NCBI RefSeq assembly: GCF_000039765.1
Contig: NC_004460.2
Location: 1,650,001-1,682,000, forward strand
Source of the DNA: Vibrio vulnificus CMCP6
GTDB taxonomy: Bacteria > Pseudomonadota > Gammaproteobacteria > Enterobacterales > Vibrionaceae
DNA length: 32,000 bases
Direction: 5' to 3'
Shown piece after piece: positions 23,345 through 32,000 of the stretch (position 1 is the stretch's first letter; each line of letters begins with the position of its first letter). The translations under genes were made by a program, and so were the position numbers. The notes beneath the pieces are model-generated. The model was not told where the DNA came from and did no database searches. It saw only the letters and a program-made list of their open reading frames with translations.

Positions 23345-23530
23345 GCATTTCTCCTTGTTTGTTGTTGTTTTATCAATCTAACGGCATTTGTTAATGAAAA
23401 CCAGATTTTTATTAACAAACTGAGTAGGTTAGAAATGGCAATAGTGAATAACCCTCAGGGCCTTGTGGATTAAGGTGTATTAGTGAATGCTGTATTAATG
23501 TTCAATCATTCACTGGTCCTATTTGATTTT

Positions 23531-23560
23531 TTGATGGAATTTTTCCCTGTTATCTATAGT
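23531..23560 (+). promoter_or_regulatory. Candidate sigma70 promoter for the tricorn-like protease gene
   Basis: TTGATG, an 18-nt spacer and TATAGT, about 70 nt upstream of the ATG. This is a consensus match only. Confidence 0.35.
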
Positions 23561-23632
23561 CAAAAACCTGTATAAAAAACACTGTTTGATTCATTCAAGC
23601 TCATTCTTATTACAATAACGCAAGGAAAACGG

Positions 23633-26600
23633 ATGCGAATTCAACGTTTTACTGCCAACTCGATTGCATTGGTCTTACTGGCCAGTCTTTCAAATCTGAG
23701 CTTAGCTCAAGAAAGTGTTGCTACAACGACCACAAACTCTCAACCCACCTGGTTGCGAGACATCGCTTTATCGCCAGACGGTCAACGAATCGCGTTTACC
23801 TACGCAGGGCAGATTTGGCTTATCGCAAGCAAAGGGGGAGAAGCCATTCCTCTCACTTCTGCTGACAGCTACAGTGAGAATCCCATTTGGTCACCGGACG
23901 GGGAATCCATTGCGTTTACGACCGATCGCTTCGGGCCAGGTGACGTTTTTTTGGTGAGCGCGAACGGCGGAGACGCAAAGCGACTGACTTACCACTTTAG
24001 CAAAGATGTTCCTTACGCTTTTAGTCCGGATGGACAAGAAGTCTATTTTCGATCGTCGCGGATCGGTGATATCGAGAGCAGTGTGAACAATGGCTTTGCG
24101 GGTAGCGCGTCAGCGCAGATCTACTCGGTGGATGTGAGTGGAGGGCGTGAAAAGCTGCTGCTTGCCAATCCAATCAGCAGTTTGTCGATTAATGGGCAAA
24201 CAGGCGAGTATCTCTATACCGATTTGCCGTCACCGATGGAGCAAGAGTGGCGTAAACGCGATGTCTCTGACGCCGCGCGCGATATCTGGCGCTTTGACCC
24301 TAAAACGGGTAAGCACACAAAACTGACCAATTATCGTGGTGAAGACCGCAATGCGGTGTGGGCTGAAGATGGCCGCTCTATGTTCTATTTGTCTGAACGT
24401 TCAGGCAGCTTCAATGTTTGGCAACGCGTGTTATCCGACCCTTCGGCTGAACCCGTACAGATAACCCAACACGAGTTTTTACCTGTGCGTTTCTTATCGA
24501 TTAGCCAGCAAGGTGATCTCGCCTATGGCTACGATGGCGATATTTGGTTTAAAGGCAAAGATGAAGCGGATGCTAAACCATTACAGGTGACTATTCGGCA
24601 ATCCTTTCTCAGCAAAGGGAAGCGATTTGTTAACCTCAATCATGAAGCGACTGAAATTGCGGTTTCGCCGGTGGCGCCAGAAGTTGCCATAGTCGCCAGA
24701 GGTGATGTTTACGTGGTTTCTCTGCTCTCAGGGGTGACTAAGCGCGTAACCAAGACCCCGCAAGCAGAGCGTTATCTTTCTTTCTCAAATGATGGCCTTT
24801 CATTGCTTTATGCATCGGAGAGAAATGGCAATTGGGATGTCTTCCACAGCTACATTAATGATACGGGCAGAAGCTTTTCCACTTCGTTTGATGTGGTGGA
24901 AGAACAGCTTTCGGATGAAGCGGTTGACCAAACTCAGCCGCTGTATTCTCCAGATGGGACCAAGATCGCCTATCGCGAAAACAGCAATTCGATCAAGGTG
25001 TATGACATCGAAAACGACAGTTATCACGTGCTGTTAGACTCTTCGCAACTCTATTCCTACGTCGATCAGGATCTGAGTTATGAATGGTCGCCAGATAGCC
25101 AATACTTGGTGACCCGTAATCGTGCCTCCTACAACGCTGATATTGTGCTGCTAAAAGCGGATGGCAGTGAAAAGCCATTGCAAATTACCAATACCGGTTT
25201 TATTGAGGGTGAGCCGAAGTTTAGCCACGACGGGCAGATGATCTATTGGAGCACTGATCGAAATAGCTTGAGAGATATCGATAAGTGGGCGGTGCAGTCA
25301 GACATCTATCTGACGGTTCTCAACCAAGAAGCGGATTTCAATTGGAAGAAGGACGATGAGCAACGTTGGCTCGAAGAGGAGCGCGCAGCGGACTCCGGCG
25401 AAGAGCCAGGCGAGCAAACCCCACAAGAGACCGTGGTGGAGAGTAAAGGGCTCAAACATCGTACCTATCGAGTTACCCCGTATTCCATGACGCCAATTTT
25501 CAGCTACCTTTCGCCGGACAATCAATCCTTGTTGGTGGCAAACTTGGTCGGCGACGAGGTAGAGTTCACCGACATCAATACCCAAACCGGGGAAACGAAC
25601 GTTCTGTTTACACGCAGCAGTGAAGATGTTGCTGCGGTGAAGATGGAGCCAGATATCGAAACCTTGGTGATTATCGGTGCGCACGGTATTGAAGAGTTGC
25701 ATCTGCCAAGTGGTGAGGGCAACTATGTCGATTACCAAGCAGACGCCAATTATGATTTCCGTGCGGAGGTGGAGTACATCTTTGATCACGCTTGGCGTCA
25801 AACGGATACCCGTTTTTATGACAAAGGCATGCATGGCGTGGACTGGCAAGGCTATGGCGAGGCGTATAAACGATATCTGCCAGGGATTCATCACTACCAA
25901 GATTTTGCGGAGTTACTGAGTGAAATGTCGGGTGAATTGAATGCGTCACACACCGGAGCAAGTTACAGTAGCTACCATTCAACTTGGTCGGAGCCGGCGT
26001 CACTTGGGCTTTTTTATGATGACCAATACCGCGGCAAAGGGGTTCGTGTTAAAGCGGTGATTCCAGGTGGTCCTGCGGATATCTACCAATCTCCGATCAA
26101 GGCGGGCAGTATCATCTACTCTGTGGATGGCATAGAGGTGGCTCCAGAAATGGATATCTATCCGCTGCTGGATAACAAAGCGGGCAAACGCGTTCGTTTA
26201 AGTGTGCTCAAACCGGGTGATAAAGCCGCGCAAAATGTGCTGCTGGTGCCGACGTCGCTTGAACAAGAGGCTCAGTTGGCTTACGAGCTGTGGGTTGAAC
26301 AACGCAAAGCCCTGACCGAAGAACGTTCGCAAGGCAGACTGGGTTATATCCATATTCCTGAGATGGGACCAGCGTCCTACGAAACCTTAGTCAATGAGTT
26401 ATTTGGTGAGTACAACGACAAAGAAGGGGTCATCATCGATATCCGCTACAACATGGGCGGGAATTTGCATGATCAACTGATGGAAACCCTTTCCGGCACG
26501 CGCCATAGTGCTCAAGTGACGCGTGATGGCTATCAACTGTCGACATTCCCAGAGCGCCGCTGGGCAAAACCGAGCATCATGCTGGCAAACGCCGCTAGCT

Positions 26601-26899
26601 ATTCCGATGGCTCGATTGTGCCTTATTTCTACCAGCGTGAGGGCATTGGTCAGTTGGTGGGTGAACGAGTGCCGGGTACTGGAACGGCGGTGTTGTGGGA
26701 ACCACAACAAGAGCAGAGTTTGGTGTATGGCATTCCGCAGCTCGGCTTCAAAGATGACCAAGGTCGATGGTTCGAAAACCAAGAAGTGGTGCCTGATGTG
26801 TTGGTTTATAACTCACCAGAAGACATTGCGAACAATTACGATCGCCAACTGAAAGTTTCGATTGAAAGCTTGTTAGCACAATTAGACAAAACGCAGTAA
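23633..26899 (+). CDS. Secreted tricorn-type protease homologue (TolB/PD40 beta-propellers, PDZ, S41-like catalytic domain)
   Basis: The signal peptide ends SNLSLA|QE. PD40-type blades repeat (SPDGQRIAFT, SPDGESIAFT, SPDGQEVYF, SNDGLSLLY, SPDGTKIAY, SHDGQMIYW). The PDZ segment is GVRVKAVIPGGPADIYQSPIKAGSIIYSVDGIEV. Catalytic-core motifs are ELNASHTG, IIDIRYNMGGNLHD, ANAASYSDGS and GERVPGTG. Confidence 0.88.
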   Translation: MRIQRFTANSIALVLLASLSNLSLAQESVATTTTNSQPTWLRDIALSPDGQRIAFTYAGQIWLIASKGGEAIPLTSADSYSENPIWSPDGESIAFTTDRFGPGDVFLVSANGGDAKRLTYHFSKDVPYAFSPDGQEVYFRSSRIGDIESSVNNGFAGSASAQIYSVDVSGGREKLLLANPISSLSINGQTGEYLYTDLPSPMEQEWRKRDVSDAARDIWRFDPKTGKHTKLTNYRGEDRNAVWAEDGRSMFYLSERSGSFNVWQRVLSDPSAEPVQITQHEFLPVRFLSISQQGDLAYGYDGDIWFKGKDEADAKPLQVTIRQSFLSKGKRFVNLNHEATEIAVSPVAPEVAIVARGDVYVVSLLSGVTKRVTKTPQAERYLSFSNDGLSLLYASERNGNWDVFHSYINDTGRSFSTSFDVVEEQLSDEAVDQTQPLYSPDGTKIAYRENSNSIKVYDIENDSYHVLLDSSQLYSYVDQDLSYEWSPDSQYLVTRNRASYNADIVLLKADGSEKPLQITNTGFIEGEPKFSHDGQMIYWSTDRNSLRDIDKWAVQSDIYLTVLNQEADFNWKKDDEQRWLEEERAADSGEEPGEQTPQETVVESKGLKHRTYRVTPYSMTPIFSYLSPDNQSLLVANLVGDEVEFTDINTQTGETNVLFTRSSEDVAAVKMEPDIETLVIIGAHGIEELHLPSGEGNYVDYQADANYDFRAEVEYIFDHAWRQTDTRFYDKGMHGVDWQGYGEAYKRYLPGIHHYQDFAELLSEMSGELNASHTGASYSSYHSTWSEPASLGLFYDDQYRGKGVRVKAVIPGGPADIYQSPIKAGSIIYSVDGIEVAPEMDIYPLLDNKAGKRVRLSVLKPGDKAAQNVLLVPTSLEQEAQLAYELWVEQRKALTEERSQGRLGYIHIPEMGPASYETLVNELFGEYNDKEGVIIDIRYNMGGNLHDQLMETLSGTRHSAQVTRDGYQLSTFPERRWAKPSIMLANAASYSDGSIVPYFYQREGIGQLVGERVPGTGTAVLWEPQQEQSLVYGIPQLGFKDDQGRWFENQEVVPDVLVYNSPEDIANNYDRQLKVSIESLLAQLDKTQ

Positions 26900-26919
26900 C
26901 TCTCTAGGGTTATCGTTAC

Positions 26920-26965
26920 CAAAGGCTCAATACAACGAAGGTGGTATTGAGCCTTTGCTTTTTTC
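26920..26965 (+). terminator. Rho-independent terminator after the protease gene
   Basis: 14-bp perfect stem CAAAGGCTCAATAC / GTATTGAGCCTTTG with a 10-nt loop, followed by CTTTTTTC. Confidence 0.9.
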
Positions 26966-27050
26966 ATCCCGATGGTTTCTTGAAGTGCATCTCATGGGTA
27001 TGATGGTGGTATAACAATGCTCTTACCTAACGCAGAACTAAGGATAGCCC

Positions 27051-28232
27051 ATGCGTGCACATCGCCATCGCTGGCAAACACCGCAAAATTTCTTATTGCT
27101 CATTTCTATCATCGTCCCTATCGCATTTTCGACTTGGATGGCGCTGCTCAATAACTTTGTGATTGAAAAGGCACAGTTTGATGGCGCCGATATTGGTTTG
27201 CTACAAAGTGTTCGGGAAATCCCCGGTTTTCTTGCCTTTACGGTTGTGTTTGTTTTGCTGTTTGTACGAGAGCAGCGCTTCATGCTGATCTCACTGGCGA
27301 TGTTGACGTTGGGGACGGCATTGACGGGATTCTTTCCTTCGCTGTTTGGCTTGTTAGCGACGACGTTACTGATGTCGACAGGCTTCCACTATTTCGAAAC
27401 GTTGAAACAATCACTGTCATTACAGTGGTTAAGCAAAGAAGAAGCACCGGAGATGCTGGGTAAACTGGTCTCGATTGGCGCACTGGCGTCGTTAGTCACT
27501 TACGGTGCGATTTGGCTACTGCTTGAGGTGTGGCAACTGAGTTTTCAAATGGTCTATCTGCTGGCAGGTGGGGTTGGCTTTGTGCTAGTGATAGTCATGG
27601 CGTTTGCTTTTCCTCAGTTTCAAACGACGGTGGTGCAGAACAAGAAGTTGATACTGCGAAAGCGTTATTGGCTCTACTACGCGCTCACCTTTATGAGCGG
27701 GGCGCGTAGACAGATCTTTACTGTTTTCGCAGGCTTCCTCATGGTGGAGAAGTTTGGTTATTCCGCTGCCGATATCACCTTGCTGTTTTTGGCAAACTAC
27801 CTGTTCAACTTTTTGTTTGCCAAACGTATTGGCCGTTTTATCGGTGTGGTGGGTGAGCGTAAAGCATTGACCTTTGAATACGTAGGTTTGATCTTCGTCT
27901 TTGTCGGTTATGCGCTGGTGCAGTCCGCCGAATGGGCGGCCGCATTGTACATCATCGACCATCTCTTTTTTGCCTTGGCGTTGGCGATTAAAACGTACTT
28001 TCAAAAGATTGCAGACCCTGCGGATATGGCATCGACGGCTGGCGTCGCCTTTACCATTAATCACATTGCCGCGGTGGTGATCCCAGTAACATTCGGCGTG
28101 ATTTGGCTCGTCTCGCCTGCCAGCGTGTTTTACATTGGCGCGTTTATGGCGGCGATAAGTTTACTGCTTTCTTTCAATATTCCCGCCAAACCGGAAGAGG
28201 GCAACGAGACTCGGATTCTCAAGTGGAGTTAA
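27051..28232 (+). CDS. Polytopic inner-membrane transporter, MFS-like, substrate unknown
   Basis: The 393-aa protein is predominantly hydrophobic, with about 11-12 predicted helices by eye. A basic loop (FAKRIGRFIGVVGERKAL) is reminiscent of MFS motif A. An AAGGA RBS sits 6 nt before the ATG. TGgTATAAC at 27007-27015 is a possible extended -10 element. Confidence 0.6.
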   Translation: MRAHRHRWQTPQNFLLLISIIVPIAFSTWMALLNNFVIEKAQFDGADIGLLQSVREIPGFLAFTVVFVLLFVREQRFMLISLAMLTLGTALTGFFPSLFGLLATTLLMSTGFHYFETLKQSLSLQWLSKEEAPEMLGKLVSIGALASLVTYGAIWLLLEVWQLSFQMVYLLAGGVGFVLVIVMAFAFPQFQTTVVQNKKLILRKRYWLYYALTFMSGARRQIFTVFAGFLMVEKFGYSAADITLLFLANYLFNFLFAKRIGRFIGVVGERKALTFEYVGLIFVFVGYALVQSAEWAAALYIIDHLFFALALAIKTYFQKIADPADMASTAGVAFTINHIAAVVIPVTFGVIWLVSPASVFYIGAFMAAISLLLSFNIPAKPEEGNETRILKWS

Positions 28233-28257
28233 CAGGCTTGTTCTATTGGGGCAAAAA

Positions 28258-28284
28258 CAAAGGGATGCAGTGTGCATCCCTTTG
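28258..28284. terminator. Bidirectional terminator between the MFS-like gene and the ECF operon
   Basis: 12-bp perfect stem CAAAGGGATGCA / TGCATCCCTTTG with a 3-nt loop, lying between convergent genes. Confidence 0.8.
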
Positions 28285-28290
28285 TGATCA

Positions 28291-29130
28291 TCAGAACGGG
28301 TACCAGAAGAGCTGAGGCTCGATGACACGTTTGGCAATGGCCAGTGTTACGATAAGCGCAATGCCCATCATACACAGCTTATCGGAGCGACTCAGCGGCT
28401 TTAAGCTGTACCAAGTTCGTTGGTTGTGACGGCCAAAACCACGCAGCGTCATCGCGTTGGAGATTTGATCGGCTCGATCGAGGCTCGAGAAAATCAGTGG
28501 ACCAAGAATTTTCGCGACGTTTTTCATGCGCGTGAACAGGGGCGCTTTTTTACTCAGTTCGACCCCTCTTGCTTGTTGTGCATGCATGATATTGACGAAG
28601 TCTTTTTTCACTTCCGGTAAATAACGCAGTGTTAAGCTCACCGCATAAGCGATTTTGTACGGCACGCCTAAACGGTTCAAACTGGCGGCAAACTCGGTTG
28701 GATGGGTTGTGAAAACAAACACCAACGCAATCGGGAACATGCTGAAATACTTGAGCGTAACCGTCAGTAGATAGAACAAGGTTTCCTGCGTCAAAGAGTA
28801 TTGACCGGGCAATGGCAATAAGACCGTCGTTGAGCCCATGAACTCACTGCCTTGCTGTGGCGCAAGGGCAAACATAAACAAGGCATTGATCAACAATACA
28901 CTGGCGGTGCCGAGTAGCAATGGCTTGTAAACATGAAAAGGCACCTTGGTCATTTTGAGTAGCCCAAGGCCAACGATGATCAACACGCTGATCAAACGCA
29001 GGTCGAACGTGGTTAAGACGACCGTCACCCAGGCGATGAACAGCAAAAACTTGGTGATGCCGTTAAGCTTATGCAGCGGAGATTGGGTATCGATGTAATT
29101 GATACCAAACTTCATTTTGTTGTCTTTCAT
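28291..29130 (-). CDS. ECF transporter T component (EcfT/CbiQ family)
   Basis: A multi-TM protein with the two coupling-helix Ala-Arg-Gly-type motifs (MHAQQARGVEL and AMTLRGFG). Its start overlaps the ATPase stop (ATGA). Confidence 0.88.
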   Translation of the reverse strand: MKDNKMKFGINYIDTQSPLHKLNGITKFLLFIAWVTVVLTTFDLRLISVLIIVGLGLLKMTKVPFHVYKPLLLGTASVLLINALFMFALAPQQGSEFMGSTTVLLPLPGQYSLTQETLFYLLTVTLKYFSMFPIALVFVFTTHPTEFAASLNRLGVPYKIAYAVSLTLRYLPEVKKDFVNIMHAQQARGVELSKKAPLFTRMKNVAKILGPLIFSSLDRADQISNAMTLRGFGRHNQRTWYSLKPLSRSDKLCMMGIALIVTLAIAKRVIEPQLFWYPF

Positions 29131-30851
29131 GCCACATTTCTCTCAACGGTTTTCTCTAAGCGAGAGGCTTTTTCGACATCAATAAAATGCTGCATAAAGG
29201 CGTTGGTTTCAGCCATGTTTAAGCGCGTCGCAAGCTCATACAGGCTGGTGGTGGTTAGGTTCGCTTGGTCTAGCAATGCAGGGTTACTGAAAACATCCGT
29301 CATCGGCGCGTCGGCCACAAGCTGGCTATCTGCAATCACGATTGAGCGTGTGGTGTATTCCAGTACCAAGTGCATGTCATGAGAAATGATCACGACGGTG
29401 ATGCCTAGCTCTCGATTGAGCTTTTCAATGAAACTCAGCATTGAGGTGTAGTTGCGGTAGTCCTGACCTGCAGTGGGCTCGTCGAGGATCAACAGTTCAG
29501 GCTCTAGGGCGAGAATCGAAGCGATGGTGACGCGTTTCTTTTGGCCGTAGCTGAGCGCTTCAATTGGCCAATGACGATATTTGCTTAGACCACACAATTC
29601 GAGCACTTCAAGCACCTTGTCGTTGACTTGCTGCTCGTCCCAACCTCGATTGCGCAGGCCAAATGCGACTTCGTCAAAAATCATATGGTGCGAAATCATG
29701 TGGTTAGGGTTTTGCATCACCACACCCACTTTTTGACTGCGCTCGAAAATGGTCAGCTCGCTAAGATCTTGGCCGTTTAAGTAAATCGCGCCGTCATCGG
29801 GTTCAATCACGCCCATGATCAGCTTGGTGATGGTCGATTTACCGGAACCATTTTTGCCCAATATCGAGACAAATTCGCCGCGTTGCACATTGAAACTTAC
29901 CCCTTCTAATGCGTTTTTCTCACCATCGTAGGAGTAGGTTAAGTTGCGCACGTCAAGCAAAGTCTCTGAACGAATGTGGTTGCTTGTCGTGTTCGCTTGG
30001 TGAAACCAATCTGCCATTGCGTGCTGATAATTGGCCAAGGGCAACTCGCTTAAGCTTGAGGGGTGATCGTCTAGCGCAAGATGGCAGCCTGCGGATTTTA
30101 GCGCCGTTAGGTAAAGCGGCTCGCGAATACCATATTGTGCCAATAATGGCGAAGCAAGCAGCTCGTCTGGCGTGGTATCAGCCATGATCTCACCGTCATC
30201 CATCAGAATGATGCGGTCGACGTGACGATGCAGCACATCCTCGAGACGGTGCTCGATGATGACCACGGTTTTGCCTGTCTTGCGATGGAGCTCATCAATG
30301 ATTTCAATGGTGCGTTTGCCGGTTTTTGGATCGAGCGCTGCCAAAGGTTCATCAAACAGCAGAATATCGACATCATCCACGAGAATACCTGCCAGTGAAA
30401 CACGTTGTTTCTGTCCGCCCGAGAGATCGTGTGGCGAGCGTTGCAACATTTGCTCAAGGTCCACCATCTTCGCGGTGGCTTTGACCAGCGAGTACATCTC
30501 AATGTTCGAGGTGAGCTGGTTTTCAAGTGCAAACGCGATGTCTTCACCGATGCTTAAACCGACAAATTGGCTGTCGGTGTCTTGCAGCACTGTCCCAACC
30601 TGTTCGGTGAATTGGTGCATGGCGAACGTCGCCGTTTCTTGACCGTTGATGGTCAAAGAGCCGGACACTTCACCTTTGATTGCGTGGGGGATAAGCCCAT
30701 TTAAACACTGGCCAAGGGTAGATTTACCACTACCACTTGGACCAATAATGACGATTTTCTCTCCTTTCTCTATCCTTAGATTGATATTTCTTAGCGTCGG
30801 TTTGTCCAGCGACTCATATCTAAAAGAGAAGTTAGAAAATTCGATTGTCAT
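29127..30851 (-). CDS. Fused double ATPase of an ECF transporter (EcfA-EcfA')
   Basis: Two complete ABC cassettes are present. Walker A: GPSGSGKST and GKNGSGKST. Signatures: LSGGQKQRV and LSYGQKKRV. Walker B: ILLFDEP and LLILDEP. Confidence 0.92.
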   Translation of the reverse strand: MTIEFSNFSFRYESLDKPTLRNINLRIEKGEKIVIIGPSGSGKSTLGQCLNGLIPHAIKGEVSGSLTINGQETATFAMHQFTEQVGTVLQDTDSQFVGLSIGEDIAFALENQLTSNIEMYSLVKATAKMVDLEQMLQRSPHDLSGGQKQRVSLAGILVDDVDILLFDEPLAALDPKTGKRTIEIIDELHRKTGKTVVIIEHRLEDVLHRHVDRIILMDDGEIMADTTPDELLASPLLAQYGIREPLYLTALKSAGCHLALDDHPSSLSELPLANYQHAMADWFHQANTTSNHIRSETLLDVRNLTYSYDGEKNALEGVSFNVQRGEFVSILGKNGSGKSTITKLIMGVIEPDDGAIYLNGQDLSELTIFERSQKVGVVMQNPNHMISHHMIFDEVAFGLRNRGWDEQQVNDKVLEVLELCGLSKYRHWPIEALSYGQKKRVTIASILALEPELLILDEPTAGQDYRNYTSMLSFIEKLNRELGITVVIISHDMHLVLEYTTRSIVIADSQLVADAPMTDVFSNPALLDQANLTTTSLYELATRLNMAETNAFMQHFIDVEKASRLEKTVERNVA

Positions 30852-30857
30852 TCGACA

Positions 30858-31406
30858 TTAAGCCTCTGTTAGGTTGCGGCTTTGTTTATTGCGTTTCGCT
30901 ACCGATTTCAAAATGAAGTAGCCAACGATAGCGATTAATACGGTGTTACCAGAAGCAATGATGGTGAGCTGCGTGAACACTTTAGTGAACGGTTCTGCAT
31001 ACAAAATGGTGTCGAGAAATGCGGAACAGCCGTAACCAAATACGTTGCCAAGCAGTGCGAGCACAACAAAGAGAGAGAAATCTTTGAGATTGAACTCGCC
31101 TTTCTCTAAGCGATTACGAGTAAGAGAAGGGAATAGACCAATGATAAGGCCGACAATGCCCGAACCAAGAACCCAGGTTAGCCAAACGCCCCAGCCGGCA
31201 AAAAGATCCGTGACCCAGTGGCCAATAAAGCCCACCAAGAAACCCACTAAAGGACCAAACAGAACCGAAAATAGGGCAAGAACCGCCATGGCTGGTTTGA
31301 GGGTGGTGTTTGCAAACACGGGGATACCAAACATGGGTAACCCACCAATACCATAAAGAGCAGCACCGATGGCAATCACCACAACGGTTTTAGCGGAAAG
31401 ATTCAT
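30858..31406 (-). CDS. ECF transporter substrate-capture (S) component, UPF0397/COG4720-like, substrate unknown
   Basis: The 182-aa protein has about six hydrophobic helices. [53 protein letters not shown] resembles the UPF0397 family as I recall it. It is the first gene of the S-AA'-T operon and has a GAGG RBS. Confidence 0.72.
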   Translation of the reverse strand: MNLSAKTVVVIAIGAALYGIGGLPMFGIPVFANTTLKPAMAVLALFSVLFGPLVGFLVGFIGHWVTDLFAGWGVWLTWVLGSGIVGLIIGLFPSLTRNRLEKGEFNLKDFSLFVVLALLGNVFGYGCSAFLDTILYAEPFTKVFTQLTIIASGNTVLIAIVGYFILKSVAKRNKQSRNLTEA

Positions 31407-31538
31407 AGATAACCTCAGTTCAATTGTCTAAAGAACGTAACTTGCTGTTTTCGTTATTTCCTTCAAGGCTTTAACCAAGAAGTGGCACGATGTTGCGCCT
31501 TGGATTATTTTTTCAGCAAGTGGAAAAATAAGGCGCGC

Positions 31539-31567
31539 ATTATACAGAAGAAACCCTCAAGTGGGAA
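31539..31567 (-). promoter_or_regulatory. Candidate sigma70 promoter of the ECF operon
   Basis: On the minus strand: TTCCCA (31567-31562), a 17-nt spacer and a consensus TATAAT (31544-31539). This gives a leader of about 125 nt. Confidence 0.5.
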
Positions 31568-31594
31568 TGCTATCTGTCTGGATGTCTAGAAAGC

Positions 31595-31623
31595 AATCAG
31601 GGGCTTAATGTCAGCCCCTGATT
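31595..31623 (-). terminator. Hairpin terminator after the upstream HlyD-family gene
   Basis: 11-bp perfect stem AATCAGGGGCT / AGCCCCTGATT with a 7-nt loop, 17 nt downstream of the stop. The U tract on the minus strand is weak (GCUUUCU). Confidence 0.55.
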
Positions 31624-31639
31624 ACAATAAAACGTAAAA

Positions 31640-32000
31640 TTAATGATCGAGATAGAGGTAGTTTTGCCAGCTCTTCATACGAATAAGCACTTTACGCATG
31701 ATGGAGACGTGGGTGAAACTGTCTGAGTACACCGCCACTTCCACCGCAGTGCCCATTGGCAGATGATACTCGCTCAAATCATCGGTGATTCGCAACGTCG
31801 CAAATACGCGACCACTGGTGCGCAGCGCTTCTGTGCCGAGTAGTGCGCCACGAGCTTGAAATTGGCTTTCACCAATGGCTGGAAGCACCTCAATCACTTC
31901 ACCTTTAAAGACTTTACCTGGTAAGGCTCGGAACATGAATTCGGCTTCAAAACCCGGTTGTAGGCGTTGAAGTGAGTTCTGACGAAATGCCGCCGTGTAG
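31640..32000 (-). CDS. HlyD/EmrA-family periplasmic adaptor protein, C-terminal part (5' end beyond the window)
   Basis: The frame stays open from 31936 to the window edge (…YTAAFRQNSLQRLQPGFEAEFMFRALPGKVFKGEV…). The beta-barrel-like C-terminus PGKVFKGEVIEV...LPMGTAVEVAVY is typical of HlyD_3-type adaptors. Confidence 0.6.
   Translation of the reverse strand, partial: YTAAFRQNSLQRLQPGFEAEFMFRALPGKVFKGEVIEVLPAIGESQFQARGALLGTEALRTSGRVFATLRITDDLSEYHLPMGTAVEVAVYSDSFTHVSIMRKVLIRMKSWQNYLYLDH

Noticed and set aside
25298-26003. 200-aa and 110-aa minus-strand ORFs inside the tricorn-like protease gene. Similar cases are 26399-26782, 27585-28064 (inside the MFS-like gene), 12792-13741 (inside the MFP gene) and 30203-30642 (inside the ECF ATPase gene)
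   Set aside because: They are embedded in genes with strong motif support, have no recognisable domains or translation signals and are treated as chance ORFs.
31407-31600. Possible TPP (THI-box) or other known riboswitch upstream of the ECF operon, by analogy with ykoEDC-type thiamine-related ECF systems
   Set aside because: I could not find the conserved CUGAGA / ACCUGAUCUGGAUAAUGCCAGCG-type elements or any other riboswitch core I know. Only generic helices are present, and these are reported separately at low confidence.
1-32000. Search for CRISPR arrays, integron attC/VCR-type repeats, IS elements, integrases, and tRNA or rRNA genes
   Set aside because: No short direct-repeat/spacer periodicity, transposase or integrase-like ORF, or cloverleaf-like conserved RNA segment was seen in any intergenic region. 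The only large repeats are in-frame protein repeats of the adhesin.

Overview
This looks like a Vibrionaceae chromosomal window. That call rests on recalled protein families, not a database search. About half of it is one long plus-strand operon (nt 2-16950). The operon holds the 3' 10.5 kb of a giant, repeat-rich type I-secreted adhesin of the LapA/FrhA/CraA class, whose N-terminus lies upstream of the window. Closely spaced or overlapping genes follow: a T1SS ABC transporter, a HlyD-type membrane fusion protein and a TolC-family outer-membrane factor. Two further co-transcribed envelope genes have no assigned role: an OmpA-C/thrombospondin-type-3 lipoprotein and an orphan PstS-like periplasmic binding protein whose anion-binding motifs appear replaced by acidic VE(Q/N)EL motifs. 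These two accessory genes, and the unnamed DxDGSE module array in the adhesin, are my best candidates for something undescribed. The other half is mostly single genes separated by clear hairpin terminators. They are a secreted alpha-carbonic anhydrase, an MscS-family channel, a small XRE-type HTH gene with a perfect palindrome inside its promoter, a chemoreceptor, a YcgR-like PilZ c-di-GMP receptor, two GNAT acetyltransferases (YjdJ-like and YhhY-like), a secreted tricorn-type protease and an MFS-like membrane protein. The exceptions are a dedicated three-gene ECF transporter (S component, fused double ATPase, T component) of unknown substrate with a long, possibly structured leader, and the 3' end of a HlyD-family gene at the right edge. 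I saw no rRNA, tRNA, CRISPR array, IS element, integrase or prophage signature. All family assignments come from motif recognition by eye, and no searches were run.
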